DNA from: Orbicella franksi
Taxonomy: Eukaryota
Length of the DNA: 64,000 bases
Assembly: GCA_964199315.1 (NCBI GenBank)
Contig: OZ116700.1
Span: 32,984,001-33,048,000, forward strand
Direction of reading: 5' to 3'
This document shows, piece after piece, positions 41,901-53,900 of the stretch. The notes beneath the pieces are model-generated. The model was not told where the DNA came from. It saw nothing but the letters and a program-made list of their open reading frames with translations, and did no database searches. The position numbers and the translations under genes are program-made. Each line of letters opens with the position of its first letter. Within the stretch, counting starts at the first letter, position 1.

Positions 41901-44900
41901 CATACTCACTATCGGTGATTCTCTCGGAGATTTCTTCAGCACACTCTGTTGGAAGAGCGGTGTCATTTATCTTGACAAAATTCGCTTTGTTTGGAGTAGT
42001 TGCTTCCACTTCGTCAGTATCAGCTCGGTTTCCAAAAGCCACCGGAATCACCTTGACTCCATCCTCCTCTAACTTGCTAGCAACGTCCCTTACGTTAGCG
42101 ATAGTGCTTTCAGACTTTCGGTCCAATATAACAACCAGGACCTTTTTCGAGTCGGGACGGCTGCCTTCGTCAAATACTTCCCTGGCTTTTTCTAGGGCAG
42201 CTTGAAGCGACGACCCTCCGGATGGTCTTGGAAGTCTGTTCACAGCATTTTTCAAAGAATCCTCGTTGAGTTGTTGAGTGAATTTTATCCTGACAGACGG
42301 ATCTCGACCGAAGAGGATGATACTGTAGTACACTCGTTGGACTCCATACCTATCAATCAAATCCTGGATAACTTCCTTTATCTTAGCAAAGTTCACATCG
42401 GCTTTAGGTGAGATGGTGCTGATGGCAAATACAAGGTCCATATCAGGAACTGCTGGCAAATCTGATAATCGATCAAGAATTGGAGCAATGGGTCAGACAA
42501 ATTCACAAATACTATAATCATAATGATCACGGATAGATTCAGTTCCTAGTGAACGAAATCTGTAGCTAAATCTAACTGTAGGACAACTTTGGAAGGGGAC
42601 ACAAAGTCGTCATAAGGCTTGACAGGAAAACAACGTTTCCAATCCCCAGCACGGCTACACATCCGATAACTGGTCCGTAAGGGCTTTCTTTCTTTATGGG
42701 TGGTTCAATTGTTAAAGAATACAAATAGAACTTGCATTAATAAGTGATAGGCGGCTGTGAAGGCCACCACTTTCGTTCTAAAAGGAATGGATTTTTTATG
42801 GGCCACAGGTCAAATAGAACAAGTGACAATCGAATATATTTCACACGGCCATTTGTAGGATGAAAGAGACGATTCAATCAAACCTCCCCTCATCAACAAA
42901 TCATCAAGTTACAAAGTCCAAAGGAAACTATCACCGTGACATTGTTTGTATATATGATCGTAAAGTGCCACTATGATGAAATTCTCGATATCCATTTCTT
43001 TACATTTTCGTACGCATTAGGTCTTTCCTAGATATCTTGCCAAATTTCAATTTTCAAGGAACATTAAAACTCGTGGTTTTTGGACCTTAATTTCCGAGAA
43101 TTTACAGCCGCCATTCATTTTCCTTGTTCCAAGTCTTGGTTGAAAATTTGAGAAAATGACGTCATTTTCTCAAAAATACCGCACGGGTTGAAATTATGAT
43201 AACAATTAATGTAAAAAAATTGCACGAATATATGAGCCAAAGTTTTTGCTATTCTTTATGCGAATTGCTGTGCTAATTGTTATTATAATTTCAACCCGTG
43301 TGGTATCTTTGAGAAAATGACGTCATTTTCTCAAATTCTCAACCAAGACTTGGAACAAGGAAAATTAATGGCGGCCGTAAATTCTCAAAGTTAAAGGTCC
43401 AAACGACATGAGTTCTAATGTTCGTAATAGATTGAAATTTGGCAAACAATCTAGGAAAGACTTATTGTGTGCGAAAATGTAAAAAAATGGGTATGGAGAA
43501 TTTGATCATAGTGGCACTTTAATTAGCATAGATTTTTACGATTTATGTATACCTTTTCTCTTTAGTTTTAGTTTGGATTGAGAAGATATATCAAACACTC
43601 AAGACAGTGTTTGACCAGATATCCAAACACCTCGACGTTCGTCAAAAATACTCCGCTACGCGTTGTATTTTCAACTCTCTTCTCGGTGTTTGGAAATGTG
43701 GTCAAACACGGTCTTTCGCGTATGATATTTCACATCAAAAATTGTAAGAAGAAATTGTGATACCTTTCAACACTTTCTCCATGATCTTTTCAGCAGTTAC
43801 ATCAGGATCAAGCTTTCGCTGTGTCACTATGATGTATCCTCTATTGGATGTGATCACTTCCAACTCGCTGGGATCGGCTGACGAACCGACAGCGACGGGT
43901 ACAATTTTAACCCCTCCCTCCTCTAGAGGCACTACGGCCTTCTTCACATCTTCAGGGCGACTCGTGGATTTCTTGTCAGTAATAACAACCAGAACTTTTT
44001 TCACATCAGGTCCAGCTGACTCCGAGTCAAACAATCGTTTGGCTTCTTCTAAAGCTTTCTGCAAGTTAGGTTCCCCTCCAAGACGTTGAGATGACTTTAT
44101 TTTAGCCTTCAAAGAGTTCATGTCAGATTCTTCGCCGAAGCTTAATTTCTGAAGTGCGTTTCTACCAAACACGATGAGGCCATAACGGAGCCTATCAGTG
44201 ATTCCATACTCGTCAACGATTGCAGTAATAGTGTCCTTAATGCGCTCAAAGGTGTCTGAGGCTGACACAGCTGTGGCACTGATAGCAAATCCTAGATCAA
44301 TCTGTGGAACTCGAAGATTGTCTGAAAGATATAAGAGCATAAGTGAAATTTCTGGAATATTGTAAACATATGTACAAAGGTGAGGGTTTGATTGTTATCT
44401 CATGACGGAAAGGAGCACTGGTATTGAAGTGGGTACAAAATTACTTGTGTTAACTACATTAATCACAACTCACCATCAAGTATGGTATCAATGATCTTAT
44501 CTGCGATGTCTCGTGGTTCATCAGTTATGTTTGGTTTGATAACATCTTCTTTGATCGACACGATTGTCTTCACTTCATTCACATTGTCCTCATCACCCAA
44601 AGGAACTGCAATCACTCGTATTCCTTCATCCGTCACCTGTTTGGAAGATTTCATGGCATCCTCGCTGCTGCTATCTGACTCTCTATCGGTCATAATCACT
44701 AAGATTTTTTTCGCATCCACCCTTCCACCGGCGGCAGGGATGAACAACATCTTGGCAGTGCTAAGAGCTTTATCCAGTGCAGCTTCTTTCGATGGCAAAG
44801 GAACTTTTTCAATCAAGTCTTTTAAAGCAGTCAAACTGGCCGATTTATTACCAAATTGCAGATGTATTGTTGGAGGGTCTCTAAATGTTAACAAGGCATA

Positions 44901-47900
44901 ATGCACTTTGCCATGGACGCCCAATCTATCGACAAATTCTTTGATTGTGTCTTGCATTTTCTTGAAATTGGCATCTGATTGGAAGGCTGTGGCGCTGATA
45001 GCAAACGCGACATCCATTTTCGGCACATTGAAATCTAGAGAATAAAATCATGAGGATAAAGAATTAAACAGGAGAATCAACATTTCCAAAAAGTAGATAA
45101 TGTTTTGCAACAAAATGTCGTGGTTCAGTTTTCCAAGGTGCCATCCTCTGTACTTCTGGTCAGTTTTTATTTTATGTCCACAGATGCACTTCTTTGAAAT
45201 TAAATTAAAGAAATTAGAAGAAATTCTTCCACACTTATTGAGCAATAAAAGGCCGACCTTCCCCCCGTCACACCCTACCAACCCCATCCTCCTCTCTTGA
45301 GCATACCTGGATGCGCCACTTATAACGTTTTACCAATTTAGAAAAGACGCTTACGCAAGAGAGACAGTTGTTGACTATATGTTACCCATTTCTATCATTC
45401 CTTGCATCTTAACCCATCAATGTCACTGACATTTAAGGTAACAAAAGCCTCACTGACCTTCTAAAACTTTCTCCATAATGTCCTTAGCCACGTCATCAGG
45501 ATTGTTAGTGTTCTTAACGTCTATCAAGTTGTCTTCATCGGATGTGGTAGCCTTAACCTCATCAGGTGCTGCCTCTCGCCCAAAGGCAACTGGAACTACT
45601 TTGATGCGAGAACTCCAGAGAGCCTCGGCTGACGTCTCCACGTCTTCAAGGCTGCTGTCAGACCTTTTGTCCGTGACGAGCACCAACACCCTTTTAGCAT
45701 CTGGACGAGGAGAAGAATCAAAAAGCCTTTGAACTTCATCGAGTGCTCTTTCCAGGTTTGATCCTGCTCGATTCTTGGCTGCGCTTTGCAGGATAGCTTT
45801 CAGCTGGTCGTCATTAACAGGCTGCGTAAAAGTCACTTTAACAGAAGGTGTGTTTCCGAACACAACGACGCCATATTGGATTGTACCCACACCGTATTTG
45901 TTAATGACCCAGTCAATGATGTCTTTCATCTTTCTGAAGTTTTCACTTGAATCCAAGGCAGCGTTTGCACTTATCGCAAATGCCAAATCTAAATCCTGTA
46001 GCTGGGGTATAGCTGAAAGTAAACAGTAAAACTCAGTGTAATGGCGCTCATTTGGGTTTCGTTAACAGGGCTAGTCATAATTCGTTTGATCATGCGCAAC
46101 AGAATCGTCAAAATCCCTTTGTGCAGCACAGCACAATCAGGAATTGAAAAGAAGAAGAAAACACACCATTGCTTAATTGTAACCTAGTCTATATCAAGTC
46201 AAAACCGATTATATTCCATGTGCCTGAAGAATTGAATTGGATGTTTCATAAATTTGCACGAGGCTATTTCACGGCACAATAAACAGACTGTAAGACCAAG
46301 TTACATTTTGAACGTTTCCATGTGCTTCCGCTAACCCGTGCACTATCTGCCTTCTTCAAACCACTGCTGTTTAGAGTTTTAAAGTTGTACTTACCTTCCA
46401 ATACCTTGTCCATAATTTTATCCCCTATGTCACCTGGGTCTTCATCTTTGTCTACACTCAGTGGAGTCTGCTTGTCGGGGATCATTTTCTCCAACTGCTT
46501 GGAGTTTGCTTCATCTCCTACGGCCACTGCAATGACTGTTATTCCTTCGTCTTCCAGCGGTCTAGCTGCTTCTTTAATATCATCTGACGTCGAAGGCGAT
46601 TTAGCATCAGTTACCACAACCAGAACTTTGTTTGCCTTAGGCCTGCCCGAATCCTTCTCAAAAACCTTCTTGGCTTCTTCTAAAAGCGCCTTGAGATCGG
46701 GTAGTCCCGAGGGTTGTGGTAGTTTGTCGACAGCCTTAAGGAGTTTCCGAACGTCTTGAGGATCTTTTGAGAATGATACAACAGGTGCTGCCGAGTCGCC
46801 ATAAATAACGATGCTGTAACGTATTCGATCAGGATTGTGCATGTTTATGATGCTCTTTACAGCATCCCTCAGTACTTCGAAGGTCTTTTCTGCATCGGTA
46901 GCAGCGGTGTTGATGGCAAAAGTGATATCAATCTCGGGTACATCTGGATAATCTAAAAGAAAACAAAGATTCCGTTAATACTGATAAAGTAAAAAATCCG
47001 AAAATGAGCTTCATTTAAGTGGCAAAGGAAGTCTCGATAATTTCAGCTTACATATCGTGCATTAGAGGAAGTAAAAGATGTACCATGTTTTCCTTTATAT
47101 AACGTAAAATATAAATCATAGATAATTTATATAAACGTAGTGCTAGAAAATGACGATTTATTTAGTTGGGCAGTGGCGTCGACAACACAGTTATGGAAGA
47201 AAACGTTTCTTAAAAACTCACTCGTGCAAATTAATTCCAAATTGAACTCGAAACCGTATGATTACCTATACTAACAACATTCCTTTAAAACGCATTAAGA
47301 AACGTTTTCTTGGCTAACTATAACTGGCTCAGGAATGCTGTGATTCATACTACCAAAACACTGTCATTAGCATCTCTTAAGCGAGAGAAGGAGAGTAACA
47401 TAAAGGCTGATAAGAGACAAATGTGGCATTTTAGACGATCTCACCCCCATTCTCCAAATGATAAACATAATTTGGATATGCTATTCAGGATAACTAGTTG
47501 ACGTGACATTTAGATTCCCATAGTTTTCTTTTATTAATTCCAATTTATCAGCTCTTACCTTCGAGAGCTTTGTTCATGATTTCCTCAGCAGTTTTCTTTG
47601 CACCATCAGTGCTGTTAGCTTCGATGACCTCACCCTGTTCAGGAGTCAAAATATCAAGCTCATCCTTGTCTGACTCTTCTCCGAGAGCAACAGCAATAAC
47701 CTTGATATCATCGGGCCGCATTTTCATAGCCTCCTTCTTCAAATCTTCTCCTCTGCTATCGGACTTCTTGTCTGTTATAACGACTAAGACGTTCTTTGCA
47801 TCGGGGCGAACCTTAGCGGCATCGTTAAAAAGCTTGGTAGCCTCTCTCAGAACCTCACCTAATGCTGCACCACGTCTGTTCTTTGAAATGGAGCCTGAAA

Positions 47901-50900
47901 GTATCAAATGATTTTCCGTTTTCATTAACAAAGTCAGCTTTCAGGACTTGTTTAACTTATGACTGGGGTATGATTCTGAGGATTTTGCTAGTTTGGCAGT
48001 GTACAAGAAAACTCAACAAATGACAGCAACTCACTCTGAGGATAGATAACAACTACAAAGTTGAAACGGGAAATCATAACTTGCAGAAATAATTTGGAAA
48101 CACTGTTTGAGACAAGTTTGAAAAACGTTCTAGAGCATAGAATGCATTCATAAACTCATTCAAATTTTCCAAGCGTCTTAGTCGCACCATAAAGCTTGGG
48201 ATTCATCATTCCTCTCATAACAAAAGTGCTCGCTGACTATCTCAGAAAGGGCCATGGGGAAACACCAATTCCTGTAGTTTCTCAGCACTTACCGATGAAT
48301 CGTTCCAAATCCTCATCAGAGGGCAGCCGGCGATTGAATGGCAGCTCAGTGATTGGTGAATCACCAAACGTGATCACACTGTAGTGAATTCGGTTTGAAC
48401 CAAACTTTTGTACAATCGCCTTAAGAATGTCTTTCATCTTTTCGAAGTTTGTTTCGTCATCTACCGCTCTGGCACTGATAGCAAATGCTAAATTCATCTC
48501 TGGTATCCTGGGGACATCTAAACGGAGCAAAACGAGAACGAAATAAAATGGAAGCATTAAAATTAAAATCAAATATAGCACGCTATATCTCGAACGTGGG
48601 TACCCCGGTATAAAATAATGATATTTTAACGTAATCTCCGAGGTAACGCCCGTTATAACCTGGATTTTATATCTCCGGTACTTAACAGTTTTTAAATCGA
48701 GAGTAACTTTGCTTTTGATATTGAAACCGTTCTCCACCACAACTTCAACGACTAACGATAAACGATATCTTAACACAAACCTTCCTACACAAGCTTCGGT
48801 GATGTGTATTGTCCTTTCATACCGACAATAAACCGTATACATTCTACTTTCTTGGCAGGATGAGCTACTTTGGACAAGAAAATGACATGTTACAGGGATT
48901 CCATGCTGGACAGCCTAAACAACCTGAAACGCTTTGCGGGTTCCTGGGCACCAAGTGTGAGGCGGCTTATCACAATTATTATAAACCATAGTTACCTTTC
49001 AAAACCTTCAACAAAATTATCTCAGCAGTCATGTCGGGATCATCGCCTTCGTCAACATCGACCAGGTTCTCTTTGTTTGGTGTGGTTTTAGATAGCTCAG
49101 AAATGTCTGATTCTGATCCAAGTGCGACGGGAATAACTTTAATGTCATCTTCCTCCAGGAGCTTCGCTTGATTCTCCACGTTGTTTAGAGAACTGCTGGA
49201 TTTCTTATCAGTAATTATCACCAGGACCTTCTTGGCATTAGAGCGACCCTGTGTTTCAAAGAAATTTTTCGCTTCCGCGAGGGCACTGTCTAATAATGCT
49301 CCAGAGCTCTTCCGCACAGAATCTACTAAACTCTGCAATGCTTCGTCGTCTGAGAAAGCTGTATTAAACGAGATTCTGGTAATGGGGACATTTCCAAATG
49401 TAATGACAGCATACTGAATACTAGATGTTCCATATCGATCAATCATGCTCTTGATTATATCCTTCATTTGTTGGAAATTCTCTCTCTCTTTCAAGGCGTT
49501 GGCACTAAGGGCGAAAAGAAGGTCCAATTCTGGAATGGCAGGGGGATCTAAAGGGACAAGAACATGCGTATCAATTTAGCCAATAAAGCTTGGAACTGAC
49601 CTGCATGGTATGTATTTCTATTATTTTACATTCTAGTCCTATTTCGAGGGTGTCTTAGTGCTAGTTACGGTTGTTTTATCTAGACTGATAGGTCGACAGG
49701 AAAAGAACCGAAACGGACAAAGGACACATGAAAGAAAACAACAAAGGAACAGGAAGAAGAAGAAAAAGACGAGGAAGTAAAAGAAGAACAACAACAACTA
49801 CAACAACAACAAGAACTTCTCACCTTCTCGGATTTTCTGTATGATTTCTTCACCCACACCTGATGCATCACCCTCCTTGTCAGTTTTGATGATATTTTGC
49901 TTGTTACTTGTCATAGTTTCAAGTTCCTCGTCGTCAACATTTGAACCAACACCAACAGGCACGACTTGAATATCGTCATCTTCCAAAATCTTAGCTGCTT
50001 CCTCGATGTCGCTGTCATTATTGATGGATTTGTTGTCAAGTATCACAGCAAGGACCTTTTTAGCATCAGGCCGGGCTGTTGCTTGATCAAACAATGTCTT
50101 CGCTTCTTCTAATGCCTTCCGCAGGTCTGGCCCACCTCGGAGTGGAGGGAATGAATCGAGAAGTATCGTCAGCGCCATTTTGTCAGGGAACGTTGGTGAG
50201 AAAGGTATATATGTGTTGGCTGAGTTACCAAACATGAGGACACCATATCTAATACTGGCAAGTCCGTACGTATCCACAATATGTTTCATAACATTTTTCA
50301 TGTTTTCGTACGTCTGCTCAGCCCCGCTGTCTGTCACACTGATTGCAAATCCAAGGTCAACATCGAGGAGCGGCATTGAATCTGGATGGAAAGTAAGTAA
50401 CACGATAATATGGTATCAATATAGTTGTCTCTTGTAAAACGTCTTTGTCGTAATAAATAGTAGTATTATTTTAAAAGAGATGTGAACGTTAATTCTGAAA
50501 TACGTATGTCCGGATTTCTGAAAACAGAAATGCTCGATCGTTTTTTCCTCGCCAGCGACAAAGGGGATGACAAAAAAAATTAAAAGGAATGTCAGTCTTT
50601 TTTTTTTCTCTACTCTCTTATCTTCCTTTTCTTGCTCTTCTCTACTTTTGGTGTTGTTGTTGTTGTGAAATCCACGTGCAAAGTATCGACACGGTTTTCA
50701 TAAACCCAATCATATATTAGAACCCGTTGATACGACCAGCTTAGCATCGCGAAAATGTGTTTTACATGCGATTTCTTCGGGCCAAAAAGAGCCGTATTAG
50801 TGGCGCAGAGTTCCACTAGAAATGTATGGGCGTCTACAAGATGAAAAAATTCAAAGGCTAAAGAACAAAAAAGCAAAAAGGAAATATTCATGAGAAAAAC

Positions 50901-53900
50901 GTGAACCTTCCGAATTCCTTGAGTTTTATTTTTCCTTGACAGTGTCCAAGCTGTTCAACAGTGTGTATTCTTACCATTGTTAGCCTTTTCCATCACTTCA
51001 GCGGCAATTTCCTTCGTACTTGCGGTGTCATTAGTCTCAATGACATTGTTAACGTTTAAGGTTGCCTCTGTCATTTCCTGCGGGTCAGCTTCTTTTCCAA
51101 ACGTGACCGCAATCACTCGGATCCCATCATGCTGCAGTGATCGAGCAACAACCGACACTGTAATTTCATCACTGTCTGACATCTTGTCCATGGCAACCAC
51201 TAGGATCCTTTTAGCATCTGGACGCTTTAACGCTGCCACTTGGAACAGCTCTCTAGCTTTTCGAAGCGCCCTGCCCAAATCTGCTCCCTCGTCATTCTTT
51301 GTAATACGCTGTAAGATCTGTCTTAATTCCTCAGGATCGCTCTCGTCTCCAAAATCAAGTTCTACATTTGGTTCTTTGCCAAATTTGATGACGCTATACC
51401 GAACAGTGGACGAGCCATAAGTGCCGAGGATCTCAGTTATAACAGATTTCATCTTCATGAAGTTATCGTCTGATTTTAAGGCTCTTGCACTGAGGGCAAA
51501 TGCAATATCTAGCATCTCCTCTTCGTCAGGCGTATCTAGAAATTAAAAAAAGACACTGCTAATGAGTCCAATGACGCAAAGAACACTAAAAGCTGCATTT
51601 CACTGACAAGCGAAAACTTGAACTCGTCGTCTCATTCTTTGCCTTAAACGATATCAGGGTGTGAACCATGAAATTAATATAATACCCGCCCATTTTAGAT
51701 TTAAATGTTTCAGCGTCACGCTGTTACCAAGGGATTCCTTGAAAACAGCACCTTGTTAGATCTTCACGTGAGGTTAATTCGCTCGCACAAAGTTCCGCAC
51801 TCAATGTGTTCAATTTTCGGCATTACCTAAAGTCTATACTATTTAAAGGATAAAATGTTGTGATCGTGTCCAAATACACCAATATTCCCGAACTTGCATT
51901 ATTGCTATTTTACGCTAAAGTATAATCCTTATAGCATTTTTAAGCCCAACCCAAAACTACCTTCAAGCACTTTAATCATAATTTTCTCCGCAGCTTTGTC
52001 AGGATTCTCATCTGTATCCATCTCAACCAAGTTATTTTTGTTCCGTGTGATTTCTTCAAGTTCCTCTTCACTCGCTTCTTCACCAAGCACCACAGGCACA
52101 ACTTTCACTCCAGCATTTTTCAGTTCTCTTGCCTTCTCCTTCGTCTTGTCACGATCACCTGACTGTTTCTGGTCCATGATGACAACTAACACCTTTTTCG
52201 CGTCCTGTCTGGCTGTATCCTCGAACATCTTCTTTGCTCTGTCAAGGGCTTTGTCCAGAGATGCACCAGAGATACGAGCGAGTCTGTCAACCCTATCCTT
52301 TAGGATCTCGATGGTGAAACGCTCACTCTCCGTAAACCGAACTCTCTCGGAGGGTTCATCGCCAAACAAAATGAAACTGTATCGAATGTCAGTCTTGCCA
52401 TAACGATCGATCACTGATTTGATGGTGTCCTTGATCGTTTGCAAGTTCTCTTCCGCATCTAAAGAACCGGTGCTTATTGCAAAGCCTAGGTCAAGCTTTG
52501 GAATCTCTGGTAGCTCTGTAAAAGAGAAAGATATTTTACGAATTAAGGGGATACTCAACACTGCTAAAAGAGAATAATAATTGTCATCGTCACTGTTGTC
52601 GTCATTGTCAGCATCATTCCCCAAGTCATCTTCGGGTTGTTTACATCAGTGACTCACCTTTTAGAGACTTATCAATTATTATTTCCGGCCATGTTTGAGG
52701 TTCAATAGGTTCACAAGTGGCAATGTACTCTTTGTTCGTAATTATGACCTCTATGTCATCAATATAAACTTCTGGACCAATCACTGCCGGTACAATTGTC
52801 ACATTCTTCTCAATTAACGATTCGGCAGCTTCCTTCAGGTCGTCGCGGGTATTGGCAGTCTTTTTGTCTACAAAAATGACAACAATTTTCCGGCTGCCTG
52901 GTCTGGGAGGAGCATTGTCAAACAGCTTCTCGGCTTCTTTCAAGGCTTTCACCACGTCTGGCTCGCCAGTAGGACGTCTGAGTTGTTGCACAGTGGCCCT
53001 CAGTGCTTCTTTGCCGCGGCCATCACTGAAGTCAACGACAACGGAATGCGTGTCACCAAATGTCATCAAAGCGTAGCGGAACTTGTCTGTTCCATAATGC
53101 TTGATTATGGCATCCACTGTGTCTATTATCTTGTCAAAGGTGTCCTCAGCATCAACAGCAGCCGCACTCAGAGCAAAGACGAAGTCGATGTCAGGGATAT
53201 CTCGAGTATCTGCAATACAATACACGAATATTATAAGAGCACCAGAGTCAGGCCTTGCAGAGACAACTATTGTAACACATTATGAACGACTGGAATACAT
53301 TCATTTGAACTATTCAGCACTAAACGTTACTTGGAGCGGTTTTCAATTGAGTGTCGTAAAACCAAAACCAAACCAATTACTTACCAATTAGACTACTCAG
53401 CCAATCTCAAACCATAGTACAACCAAAATTAAAACTTGAGTAATTGCCTGATAACTTTCGACACTCAATTGAAAACGCTCAAGTGCAACTTTCAATAACA
53501 TGTATTATCAGCCCAGTCGAGCTTTTGTTTAAAGATCGCCCTACAGGAATCCCGTTTGACTGTAATTTACTTGACAATATAAAATCAAACCCATGGAAAA
53601 AAAAGAAGTAATGTACTCCTTACCTTTGTCAATAGTTATAATAATCACCTCAGCCACGGAATCTGGATTGTCAGTGGTATTGGTAAGAACTGTAATTTCG
53701 GTTACAACATCTACTTCCGGTTTATCCACTTCATCACCAACACCAACAACAATCACTTTGACGCGATCAGCCTGTAATAACCTTGACGACGCCTTGACAT
53801 CATCTAGCTTGCTATCAGACTTGCCGTCAACCATTACCACAAGTATATTCTTAGCCGTTGGTCTCTGGGTGGAGGCCGCATTGAAGAGATCTCGCGCTTT

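Noticed and set aside
48518-48995. Long ORF extension upstream of VWA14a and neighbouring short ORFs
   Set aside because: Hydrophobic intron read-through; a good acceptor at 48518-48519 gives a normal-length module
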